64,000 nucleotides of DNA from Nitrospirota bacterium (GCA_963741205.1 CAVUHW010000010.1:32001-96000), one strand, 5' to 3'. Positions 46,356-57,265 are shown, numbered from the stretch's first letter. Notes: generated by a model from the letters alone, not told the origin. Translations and numbers: made by a program.

Positions 46356-48291
46356 GAAAGCGCCGGGATAAACCGGCATAGAGTAGGGAATGAAAGAGTC
46401 CTACGTGAAAGGATGAGCTGATCCATCACGGCCCCGAGTCATGCGCGGGCGGTCGCGAGGCTGCACGTGAAGCGTTGACAGGGGAAGCATAGGCCAGCCA
46501 ATGAGCTCCGAAATCACCCCTTCGGGGTGCCGACCACGTCCCAGGAACGGGAAGGCAACATGGATAACGGCGATAAACAGCCAGTCGTAGTCCGGCCCCG
46601 CGGAGTCTGAGACCCTGTGCATGTGCTTACACTCTATGTTCGAGAACCGGGAGAGCTCAGCAGTTCCTGCCGTTAAATCACATGGCGGCAGGACGGCAAG
46701 GGAAGGCCAGTGGCCGTAATCCTTGCATGCACGCTGCTGAGCAGTCTGACATCGGCGTACTACCGAAGAAGGGGCCGAACAAAATGGTGTGCTCCCATGC
46801 CATGGCGGAGGTTCTGGAGGGAAGGCTGATGACCAAGGGGAAATTCTGAAGAGTCGTCTGCGACCTGTACGCGGAGACAGGAGGAAGCATTGAACGGACT
46901 TGACAGGATACGTGAGGCAGCGGTAAGGGACAAGAAACTTCGGTTCACCAATTTGATGCATCATATCACGGATGAAATGCTCCGAGATGCCTACTCTGCG
47001 CTCAAGCGCAACGCGGCATGCCGGAGTAGACGATATGACATGGCATGAGTATGGTGAGCGCCTGGAGAGCCGGATAGCGGATCTCCATGGCCGTGTGCAG
47101 AGTGGCAGGTATCCGGGCGAAGCCCTCGAAACGGGTTTGGATACCGAAACCGGACGGTCGTCAACGGCCGATCGGCATTGCCGTGCTGGAAGATAAGATA
47201 CGTTGAACAGGCGGTGGTATGGGTACTCAATCAGATCTATGAGCAGGACTTCCTCGGTTTCAGCTACGGATTTCGACCTGAACGCAGCCAACATAACGCG
47301 TTGGATGCAATCTGGGTCGGCATCAAGCAACGGAAGGTAAAATGGGTGCTGGATGCCGACATCAAGAGCTTTTTCGACACGATAAATCATGCGTGGCTGA
47401 TGAAGTTCCTAGAGCATCGCATCGCAGACCCTCGGATGCTCCGCCTGATCCGGAAGTGGCTCAGAGCCGGGGTATCAGAGGATGGCAAGTGGTCAAGAAC
47501 AGAAGTGGGCACGCCGCAAGGGTCGGTGATATCGCCTTTGCTCAGCAACATCTACCTGCATTATGTTCTTGACGAGTGGGTACAATCTTGGCGAAAGAAC
47601 GAGGCGCACGGTGAAATGATCATCGTGCGCTACGCGGATGACTTCGTCATGGGTTTTCAGCACCTGCATGAAGCGAAACGATTTCTTGAGGAAATGAAGG
47701 AGCGATTTGCCCAATACGGCCTGGAAATCCATAGTGAAAAGACCCGACTCATCGAGTTCGGACGATTTGCGGAATCAAATCGTACTGAGCGAGGAGAGAA
47801 AAAGCCTGAAACATTTGACTTTCTTGGGTTCACGCACATTTGCAGCCGAACCCTCAAGGGCAATCATTTCACGATTCATCGTAAGACAATCGCCAAGCGT
47901 CTTCGGGCAAAGCTCAAAGAAGTGAGGGAAGAGGTCATACGCAGACGGCATGAGCCAGTACCGGTACTTGGTAAATGGCTTCGTTCAGTCGTGCAAGGTC
48001 ACCTCAACTACTTTGCGGTGCCCGGCAACACAACGGCAATTAAGGCGTTCCGCAGGGAAATCAACAAGGCATGGCTATACGCGTTGAGGCAACGCAGCCA
48101 GAAGTCCAGTTATCTACCGTGGGACCGAATCAAACTCTTAATTGCGACGTGGATACCTACAGCCATAATACTGCACCCGTACCCAAGCCAGAGGCTTCGC
48201 GTGAACTACCCGAGGTAAGAGCCGTGTGAAGTAATACTTCTCGCACGGATCCGTGCGGGGGGCGTCTGGCAACGGACGTCCCTACCGCGAT
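46356..48291 (+). mobile_element. Group II intron B (class E-like) nested in domain I of intron A
   Basis: Removing it restores GGAACCTGGG|AGGTC; DV gagccgtgtgaagtaatacttctcgcacggatc; 3' end cctaccgcgat; EBS1-like CCCAGG at 46540-46545. Confidence 0.88.
46890..48218 (+). CDS. ltrA: Intron B reverse transcriptase/maturase, no endonuclease domain; about 3 frameshifts in the 5' part
   Basis: RBS aggagg + TTG; RFTNLMHHI, IPKPDGRQRPIGI, SYGFRP, DIKSFFD, GTPQG, YADD, FDFLGF. Confidence 0.9.
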
Positions 48292-48559
48292 AGGTCTTGT
48301 TACTCCGTTTCTAAATGCCGGTGGGGATGACGGAACGAATAACTCCAGGCCTCAAGCGTCTGCGCAGAGATGTTCGAGGAGGTGCGTAATGGCACGAAAC
48401 AAAACGATCAGCGCGAGAAACGGTATCGCCAACTGAAGGAAACGAAAGGCGGCGAGATGGGAAGCAAGACGTCGTAGCGCCTTCATAGTACCGATGAGGC
48501 AGGGGAACGAATCCAATCGGACCCTGCGGAGGTAAGGGGGGCGTCATGTTGTAGAACCG

Positions 48560-49093
48560 TTGATGGGAAAGACAGAGGATGCGATGGAATCCGGAAATAC
48601 AGTCTACACGAAACAGCAACGGATAGCAGAACTCGCGAGGATTCACCCTGATGTAAGTTTCACGTCTCTCGCCCACCACATTGATTTAGTGTGGCTCTAT
48701 GAAGCATTCGGTCGAACGCGGAAGGACGGAGCGACGGGCATAGACAACGTGACAGCAGAGGAGTACGAGCAAGAGTTAAACACGAATCTGCGATCACTGT
48801 TGGAACGCGCCAAATCGGGGAAGTACTATGCGCCACCGGTACTACGGGCGCATATCCCGAAAGACCCGGCAAAGAAGGAAACCCGTCCTATCGGTATACC
48901 GACGTTCGAGGATAAGGTGCTTCAGAGGGCCTGGCAAATGGTGCTGGAGCCACTATATGAACAGGAATTTCTGGACTGCTCATACGGGTTCCGGACAGGG
49001 CGTTCCGCCCACGACGCGTTGCAATCGTTGTGGAAGCAGATGATGGATATAGGCGGATGCTGGATCATCGACCTCGATATTCGGAAGTTTTTC
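48560..49093 (+). CDS. ltrA: Intron A reverse transcriptase, 5' segment (interrupted at DIRKFF|D)
   Basis: FTSLAHHI, GIDNVT, IPK..RPIGIPTFEDK, SYGFR, DLDIRKFF. Confidence 0.9.
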
Positions 49094-49749
49094 GTGCGCC
49101 AGGGTAAGCCCGGCGCTTTCAGCGGGTGCAATTCCCGCCCCGGCAAGGGGAATGAGCCGCCTCACCGGGAATCGAGTCTTGGGCTCATGAAGGCAACGAC
49201 ATGAGTTAAGCGTAGACAGAGCGATGTCCAGGCCGTAACGCAAGTGAAGCGATAGAGCCTCGTGATACATCCGGAGGCCGACAGGGTCGAAAACCTGGAA
49301 GGCTACAGTAGGCGACGAAAAAGGGCGATGGTCGTTGGAGACTCCGGCGGGGTCTGAGAGCACGGCATGGGCAGAAACGGAAGCGTCATGGAACCTGGGA
49401 GATCCACCGCCGTCTCGGTCTGGCGTACAGACCGAGTATGTCTACCGAAAGGACCATCCTGAGGGAGAGAAACGCGACGGTGGAAGTCGGACCGCTGATA
49501 GTACTCGGAGTGCGGGAAAGCCGCATACAGGGGGAAGCGGCGGGGCAGGTTGAGTTGCTGGTCCGGGGAAACATTACCTACACTCAGAGGTAGGAGCACA
49601 ATGTCTACACAACCGGATCAGATCGATGGGTATGACGTTCACCGAACGAGTGCAACCTGGGGAGCCCGTTGCGGGAAATTCGCACGGCGGGTTCTGCGAG
49701 GGGGGACAGGCACAAGAGTACAATACTCAAGGCCTGTCCCTACCCCACC
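49094..49749 (+). mobile_element. Group II intron C, ORF-less (about 656 nt) relative of intron D
   Basis: GTGCGCCAGGG start; DI-DIII nearly identical to D; domain IV reduced to RBS plus MSTQPDQI remnant; DV gagcccgttgcgggaaattcgcacggcgggttc; ends ctaccccacc. Confidence 0.9.
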
Positions 49750-51676
49750 GTGCGCCAGGGTAAGCCCGGCGCTTTCAGCGGGTGCAATTCCCGCCCCGGC
49801 AAGGGGAATGAGCCGCCTCACCGGGAATCGAGTCTTGGGCTCATGAAGGCAACGACATGAGTTAAGCGTAGACAGAGCGATGTCCAGGCCGTAACGCAAG
49901 TGAAGCGATAGAGCCTCGTGATACATCCGGAGGCCGACAGGGTCGAAAACCTGGAAGGCTACAGTAGGCGACCGTAACAGGCGATGGTCGTTGGAGACTC
50001 CGGCGGGGTCTGAGAGCACGGCATGGGCAGAAATGGAAGCGTCATGGAACCTGGGAGATCCATCGCCGTCTCGGTCTGGTTGTCACAGACCGAGTATATC
50101 TACCGAAAGGACCATCCTGAGGGAGATAAACGCGACGGTGGAAGTCGGACCCGCTGATAGTACTCGGAGTGCGGGAAAGCCGCATACAGGGGGAAGCAGT
50201 GGGGCAGGTTGAGTTGCTGGTCCAGGGAAACATTCCCTTCACGCAGAGGTAGGAACCGAATGTCCACACAACTGGATCAGATCAAGGGGAAGGCAAAGTC
50301 GGACCCGAAGCTACGCTTCACATCACTGGCGCACCTGCTCACTCCAGCGTTTCTTAGGGAGACATGGAAACAGATGAACCGGCGTGGGGCGAGCGGAATC
50401 GATGGCGAGACGACGAAGGAGTTTGGGCAAGACCTGGACGCACGGGTTCAATCTCTGAGCGAACGCTTGAAGCAAGGGGCCTACAAGGCTCCACCGGTAC
50501 GCCGAGTGGAAATCCCCAAAGGACCTGGCAGGGAAGGGACAAGACCGCTCGGGATTCCGACGGTCGAAGACCGTCTGCTGCAAAGAGCGGTAGCTCGGAT
50601 ATTGGAAGCGGTGTTCGAGGCGGATTTCTTGGACTGCTCATATGGATTTCGGCCGGGGCGCAATCCCCACGATGCCCTGCGGACATTGCGCACGATCATC
50701 GTCACGAAGAAGGTAGGACACTTGTTCGAAGCTGATATCCGGGGATACTTCAACCACATCCAGCATGAATGGCTGCAAAAGATGGTTGCTCATCGAATTG
50801 CGGACCCGGTCATCCTGCGCCTGATTGGCAAATGGCTGAAAGCGGGCTACATGATGGGAGGAGTCGTTACGCGAACCGAGGAAGGATCGCCACAAGGCGG
50901 GCCGATCAGCCCGATCTTGGCTAACATCTACCTGCACTACGTGCTTGATCTCTGGTTTGAAAAGAAGGTCAAGCCGATGTGCCAGGGTGAGGCGTATCTG
51001 ACGAGATTTGCGGATGATTTTGTGGTGAACTTTCAATATGGCAGAGATGCGGAAGGGTTCAGGAACGAGCCTGACGGATCGATTCGAGAAATTCGGGCTG
51101 GAATTGGCGGAAGAAAAGACGCGGCTGCTGCGCTTCGGACGATTCGTACGTGCGGACCTCGCAAAGACCGGCGATAAGCCGGATACGTTTGACTTTCTTG
51201 GCTTCAAGCATGTCTGTGGTATAGACCAAGGTGGGAAGTTTGCCTTGGTGCGGATTCCGTGCGTCAAAAGCTGCCGAAAGTTCTTGGCCAAGACCAAGGA
51301 ATGGCTCAAGGGGCATATACATTGGAAGCGGCGTGACCAGCAAAGTCAGTTGAAGATGATGCTGCACGGCTTCTACCAATACTTTGGACTGCATCACTGC
51401 AAGCCGAAACTCGACATGGTACGCAGCGCAGTACAGCTCCAATGGATTCGGACGCTACGGAGAAAGAGCCAACGTCACCGACTATACTGGTGCTACCTTA
51501 ATAGCCGAGACTGGTTCAAATTACCGTATGCGGTATCAACACGCCACGCGACGGTTTGACTTTCATTCATCCATTGAGTGCAATCTGGGGAGCCCGTTGC
51601 GGGAAAGCCGCACGGCGGGTTCTGCGAGGGGGGACAGGCACAAGAGGACAACACTCAAGGTCTGTCTCTACCCACC
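49750..51676 (+). mobile_element. Group II intron D (class F-like), directly head-to-tail after C within the RT gene of A
   Basis: GTGCGCCAGGG start; RT ORF; DV gagcccgttgcgggaaagccgcacggcgggttc; ends ctacccacc, after which RT A resumes (T-M-V-H). Confidence 0.9.
50260..51559 (+). CDS. ltrA: Intron D reverse transcriptase/maturase, no endonuclease domain; frameshift near 51065
   Basis: RFTSLAHLL, RPLGIPTVEDR, SYGFRPG, DIRGYFN, GSPQGG, FADD, FDFLGF. Confidence 0.9.
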
Positions 51677-52503
51677 ATACGATGGTCCATAAACACATCA
51701 GGGAGATACTCAAGAGGCGGGTGAGTGACGGAGTAATAACGAGACTCATAGATAAGTGGTTGAAGGCCGGTGTATGGGAGGCAGGAAACATCAGTTACCC
51801 GGAAAAGGGTACTCCTCAAGGCGGCGTGATATCCCCCATGCTGAGTAATATTTATCTTCATGAGGTACTGGACCTGTGGTTTGAGAAGGAAGTAAAACCA
51901 CGCCTCCGCGGCAAAGCGTTTCTGATTCGGTATGCCGATGATGCTGTGTTGGGATTTGCAACCGAAGACGATGCCCGGAGAGTAATGGAAGTGCTTCCGA
52001 AGCGGTTTGCCCGATATGGCTTGACGATCCACCCGGAGAAGACCCGTGTGGTGAGGTTCGTAAAGCCGGAAGACATCAACTCGGGGGGCCACAGCCAGGA
52101 CAAGGATAACACGTTCAACTTTCTAGGATTCACTCACTACTGGGCAAAATCCCGTAAAGGTACAGCGGTGATCAAGCGAAGTACCGAGAAGAGCCGGTTC
52201 ATGCGAGCGCTTATGAAGATTAAGGAGTGGTGCAGAACCAATCGGCACAACCCACTGAAGGAGCAGCATAAGACGCTGAACCAGAAACTTCGAGGCCACT
52301 ACGCCTATTACGGGATCAGAGGCAACAGCCAGGCATTGGGGCACTTCTACCACAAGGTGAGACGGCTCTGGCGCAAATGGCTACAGCGAAGGTCGTGCGA
52401 TGGTAGTATCCCGTGGGATAACTTCGCACTACTTGAAAAGGTCTATCCACTTGCGCCAGCGAGAATCGTTCACTCCGCATACTTACGCAAAGCTACAGCA
52501 TGA
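51677..52503 (+). CDS. ltrA: Intron A reverse transcriptase, 3' segment
   Basis: TMVHKH, KWLKAG, GTPQGGVISP, YADD, FNFLGF, maturase X motif LRGHYAYY. Confidence 0.9.
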
Positions 52504-53520
52504 AGAACCGAATGCGTTAATCGCGCACGTTCGGGTCTGTGGGGGGCTGGGGCAGGTGACTGCCCTGGCCTACCTGGCTAACATTCAGTGCACTGATCAT
52601 CCTGAAACGAACGTTCCTAGCCTCTCGTAAAAACGTGAACTTCCTGTCGTAACTGGTACCCTTCATCCTCATCATCTCACAAGAAGGATCTCTTCCTCCC
52701 GATGATATTCTGCATTTCAAGATCCTCAACTTCAGCGTACCCCTAAATGTTGTCAGGAAAAAAGAAGCTAATAATCAGGGATTCCATGATTGACCAAATA
52801 CAATATTTCCGTCATATTTAATAAAAACACAATAACAGCCAATACAGTATCACAGTAGAACTTATGATGTCTTACATGAAAGTTGCGGAACGGTGCAATC
52901 GCACCCTGGCGTTCATGCTGTTAATCGCGACCCGCACGCTCAGTTTGACCATGTCGCCTGCGTTAGTCGACAGCGACAAGCGCATCGTGAGAGTCATGAC
53001 CCAGAACATGGATGCGGGAACAGATCTGCTGTTCTTTTTTGCCTCTCCTTAGAACCTCAGTTGCGCAAAGGAGTGTACGTAAAATTAAGTCGAAACAAAA
53101 AAAATCTGCATTCCATCAGCTTCCCGTCAGGCCTCAGTAGTATAAGCATGTCATACGCACCAAGCGATGGAAAACACGAATTGTATTGGTGATTGCATAC
53201 CGAGGAAAGAAGGGAGGTGGCGAAGAGATCGATAAGAACAGAGGCAACACGCAAGAGGCAGCAAGGATTTTCGGGAGAATGGTCTTTCGGTCATCGATTG
53301 AAGAAAAATGTGGAATTGATATGGATGTTACATTTTTATTGAAGGAGGGCATGTAACATGAAAGCAACATTCGGCAAGAGATGGGCATTTGTGGTTTTTT
53401 GATGGTTTTTGCGTTACTGGCACCATGCTGGACGTCGGCGGAAACGAAATGCCAGGGGCAAACCAGCATTGGGAAATTCGATCGGCATCAGATCAGCGGT
53501 TTGCAGCAGGGGTATGGATT

Positions 53521-54394
53521 ATGAAGAAAACAGCGCTTCTTCTTATTTTGATTATCCTCGATGTTCATGCCTCTTTTTACGTAAATCGTCAAACGCACGA
53601 GGTCGTATGCAGCGGACAATGAACTCAAATCAACGGCCGTGGAAATTCTCGCGGCGCAGACCGGCCAAACCGCTGATGAAAAACTCCGAGCCGATAAAAA
53701 TACATCCAATACGTTCGAGAAAGTTAAACCTCAGGACGGCAGCGCCGACGCATCTCGATCTTCCGCGTCCCCCAAGCACTTCATCGACGTCTTCTATGGA
53801 ACGGCGAAGACTTTGGACGGCGAAGTTTCAGTTACCTCATCGAGCAGCGGGGCATTTTGTTTGTTTCCCCCCTGTCCTGCCGGCTCACACACAGTCAAGC
53901 GAATCGTTCATTTCCAGCCTTCCGCGGTATACGGGATTCGCGTCGGAAAATGGTTCGAGAATTACCCTTATTTCGGATTCGCAGGAGATTTATCCTATTT
54001 GGAGGCAAACGCTCCGGGTGTGAGAATCTGGTACGCGCCGCTGTCTATTATTCTGATGGGACGATACCCATTATGCAAAACCGAAAGCGTCCCGGAGGGC
54101 CGTCTCAGGCTCTATGGCGGGGCAATGCTTTCCACGGTTATCGGCGATATGGAAGTTGATTTTACACCAGATGCCTCTTCAAAGATAAGCGGCGCCGCAG
54201 GCCGGTTTATCGGCGGCGTCGGAGGTCTGCTCGGCGTCGCATGGCACTTTCCCTCTTTCGCCTTATTCAGCGAGTACCGCTTTATGAAGATCGGCCTGGA
54301 TTTTGAGGAAAAGGGATTATTTGGGGGTTCCACATCCGCAAGCGCTGATTTGGAGTCGCGTCAGCTTGTATTCGGAGCATCTTACAAATATTGA
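53521..54394 (+). CDS. Outer-membrane beta-barrel-like protein; indels near the 5' end
   Basis: MKKTALLLILII start; YGIRVGKWF, LFSEYRF; ends GASYKY (beta-signal-like). Confidence 0.6.
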
Positions 54395-54404
54395 ATCCGG
54401 TGAC

Positions 54405-54833
54405 ATGATGAAGATAATAACACTCGGCTTAGTAGCTCTGTTTCTTCTTTTCGCAGTTGTGGCGGCGGGATGCGGTGTTACCGCTTACGTCTCGGCCACG
54501 GATGTGACTCAGCCCGTAATGCTTGGAAACAAAATACGAGTTCATGGAGCGGCCAATGAACAGTGGCAACTCAGGGTCCCCTTTGATCTCAGTTTCAGTG
54601 ATGATAAATCCTCCGAGATTGGAGGCCCTCCGTCAGCCGGAAGCAGGGCCAACGTCGAATTACTGAAATTGGTCGAGACACCCAAAGATAAAATAGTAAT
54701 AAATGAAATACATACAGGCTCTTACAACATCTTTGTTATAGTTCCCTATGCCGCAGGATATTATGAAAAAAGCTGGGCTGACATCAAGGGTGGAATTTAT
54801 CAGAATAGGGCAGGGAAAGATGAAACCAAATAA
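54405..54833 (+). CDS. Putative lipoprotein
   Basis: MMKIITLGLVALFLLFAVVAAG-C lipobox. Confidence 0.65.
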   Translation: MMKIITLGLVALFLLFAVVAAGCGVTAYVSATDVTQPVMLGNKIRVHGAANEQWQLRVPFDLSFSDDKSSEIGGPPSAGSRANVELLKLVETPKDKIVINEIHTGSYNIFVIVPYAAGYYEKSWADIKGGIYQNRAGKDETK

Positions 54834-55782
54834 CATGCATGCCACAGCAGCGTTATGCTGCGGAATTATTATCATACTCTCCATGACTGGGTGTTATGGG
54901 GGAGCGCGAGGCATCGTGCGGTTTAATGAGCTTGATTATCCCGCTTCCATGAGTCCCTATCTATATGGTCCGAATAACGAAATATTGGTAAAGGACCGCG
55001 ATCTTTCAGTCATAAAACCGTTTCGCCTTGAGGTTATCTATACCGCAATCTTCTATTCCCTCGTGTCGCTGGCACCTGACAAAGATGTCGGTGAGCAGAT
55101 CAACGCATCGGTTGATAGCTGCGGCGGCGATGGCGTCGTCAATGTGAAAATCAGATCGAAGCCCGGGCTTACTAACTACATGCATCCTTTGACATTGCTG
55201 CCTTTCTGGCCGAGCTATACAACAGTGGTTGTGGAAGGCTATATTGTAAAGTATGAACCGTCAGTTGCGAAGAATGCTTCGAAAATGACAGCTTTCGTAA
55301 CTTCCGGCGATGTCCTGATCATAGAGCCGGCGAATGAAGACGCGACGGTTCCCTTACATGCGCGATGTCAGGTTATCAATAGGGTTGATACCTTATTTGC
55401 CGCAGATTATTTCGATCACTGGGTGTCTAACAATGGGTCATGGAGGACAGTGTACTCAGCAGACAGTAATGACTCTGAAAAAAAAATAACCATGCAGGAT
55501 CATTTAAAAATGCTGGCCCGGAGAACAGGTGCTGACGTTATTCAAATCCTGTATGTTACCTCCGATGGAAATGAAGTGAGGGCAAAATATAAAAAAGCAA
55601 AACCAGATTCAGCAGGAACACAGGATTTCACGAAATACATTCATAGCGCCCTCGGCACAAAACAATCCGACAGTCTCTCCGTGAGCAATGGCGTGACAAA
55701 GACAGAACCAGAATCTGTTCACGGCGATGTTGTCGGCGTTGCTTTGGATGTTCGGTACTGGTCTTGTCCGGCAAATCAATAG
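54820..55782 (+). CDS. Putative lipoprotein
   Basis: IIIILSMTG-C lipobox; GGDGVVNVKI. Confidence 0.6.
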   Translation: MKPNNMHATAALCCGIIIILSMTGCYGGARGIVRFNELDYPASMSPYLYGPNNEILVKDRDLSVIKPFRLEVIYTAIFYSLVSLAPDKDVGEQINASVDSCGGDGVVNVKIRSKPGLTNYMHPLTLLPFWPSYTTVVVEGYIVKYEPSVAKNASKMTAFVTSGDVLIIEPANEDATVPLHARCQVINRVDTLFAADYFDHWVSNNGSWRTVYSADSNDSEKKITMQDHLKMLARRTGADVIQILYVTSDGNEVRAKYKKAKPDSAGTQDFTKYIHSALGTKQSDSLSVSNGVTKTEPESVHGDVVGVALDVRYWSCPANQ

Positions 55783-55974
55783 CAATAATTATGTTCACAT
55801 TCTTTGGAAAACAACCATTTTAATAGAATCCGTCTGCGCCATAGCGAAAGGAGACAGCGTTGTGCGTGTCAGCAGTTTATGATAAAAAAAATTAATAAAA
55901 ATGGGCGACACCTTTCCCACGAAGTTGAAGGCCTCAACAACTTCCTCCTACATTCAGTTATGGTATAAAGAGAT

Positions 55975-56125
55975 TAAGACAGGCAGGAGAACTTACTACT
56001 TCCTGGGTCCTTGAACCCTTGCTACAGTCTGTTCCCTGCCTCCCTTAACCATGATAAGTTGATTGGGCCAACGAGCCCTGGTAAAGATGGAGGATTGGTC
56101 GGGAGGCAGTTCCTGCCTATCTAAA
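55975..56125 (+). ncRNA. Candidate IS110 bridge RNA in the non-coding end
   Basis: Nested stems aggcagga (55981)/tcctgcct (56111) and ctgcctccc (56036)/gggaggcag (56101); extended -10 TGgTATAAA at 55961. Confidence 0.5.
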
Positions 56126-56148
56126 TTTTAGCACGGAGGAGGGGATTT

Positions 56149-57205
56149 ATGGAAAGCCTAATCGTTGGCGTCGATGTTTCCAAGGAGTCCTTTTCTACGG
56201 CCGGCCTTGACGGCAAAGGGACGCGTTGTTTCTCTGAAGAATACACCATGGACAGTGATGGGTTTTCGAAGTTCCTGGCCATGATAATAGCACAACGGCC
56301 GGATGTCTCCCATGTCACTGTCGGCATGGAGTCAACTGGCATCTACCACCTCAATCTCTTTTCTTATCTCACAGCACAAGGCATCCATGCCGTGGTCATT
56401 AATCCGCTGTTGATCGCGAACTTTGCCAAACTGTCACTCCGGAAGACCAAGACCGACAAAAAAGATGCCATGACGATCGCCCAGTTCCTGCTGGCACACT
56501 TGGACAAGATCTCACAGATGTCAATCAGCCAGGACATGCAGGATATGCGCGATCTCGCCCGGGAGCGAGAGTCCTTGAGCCATTTGATTTCCGCGACTAA
56601 GACCGAGATCAAGGGGGTGTTGCAAACGACCTTTCCTGAGCTTGAGCGCCTTTGCAATGTCTTTACGGGCATCATGCTTGCCTTTTTGAAGGAGTTTCCC
56701 TCCGCTCGCTTGATCAATATGGCTAAGCCGCAGGCAATAGCAAACGCCATGGAACCACGCAGTGCAGGGAGCAGGATATCTACCTTTACTGCTGACGATG
56801 TAATCAAGCTGGCCAAAAATTCGGTTGGGATGGTTAGCCCGGCCAAAGAAACCATCCTGCGGGGCAAAATATCGACGCTGCTCCATCTGGAAGATCGTCG
56901 GGACGAATTGACGGCCATGCTCACGGATTACTGCAACTCCCTGATGGTGGAAGACCTGGCAATAGTAACATCCGTGAAAGGCATCAGCAGCGGGACCGGG
57001 ACCACTTTCCTGTCCGAGATAGGGAGCATCGAGAACTACGGCACGCACAAGAACCTGATTGCATACACAGGGGTTGATCCAACGGTGTATCAATCAGGCA
57101 AGTATCAGGGGGCAAGTAAGATCTCGAAGAGAGGAAATAAGCATCTTAGGCGAGTGCTATGGCTTATGACGGCGAGTGTGATCATGCATAACAAAAACTT
57201 CCGAG
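56149..57205 (+). pseudogene. IS110 family transposase/recombinase, C-terminus truncated by an IS3 insertion
   Basis: VGVDVSK, GMESTG, KTDKKDA (DEDD), VYQSG, ISKRGNKHLR. Confidence 0.9.
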
Positions 57206-57265
57206 TAAGCCTCCCCCGATTTGATGGACACTCCGAGTAGTTGTATAATCTGAGAGGAGGCGTCT

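Larger units (their letters stand above)
46034..52578 (+). mobile_element. Group II intron A (outer host, IIB/class F-like), about 2026 nt once the three nested introns are removed
   Basis: 5' gt(c)gcgccagg; DI motifs GAAGCGTAGACAG and CCCAGGAACCTGGG|AGGTC; DV gaaccgaatgcg-ttaa-tcgcgcacgttcgggtc; 3' end cctacctggc; EBS1-like GACAT (46249-46253) complements the upstream ATGTC. Confidence 0.88.

Noticed and set aside
49094-50290. C/D duplication as an assembly artefact or DGR template repeat
   Set aside because: The copies differ by mixed substitutions that are not adenine-specific, and C has its own complete DV-DVI with a clean internal deletion.
46890-52503. RT genes as a retron, DGR or CRISPR-associated RT system
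   Set aside because: Each RT is embedded in group II intron domains with DV/DVI directly after the stop codon; no TR/VR pair, msr-msd or cas genes are present.
46028-52640. Intron A target GTC|TAAC as an attC site (IIC-attC intron)
   Set aside because: No matching GTTRRRY arm or palindrome downstream, and A has a IIB-like structure with an EBS1 match.
53450-53500. gggcaaacc as a c-di-GMP-I riboswitch
   Set aside because: The GACGCAAAG junction and second stem are missing.
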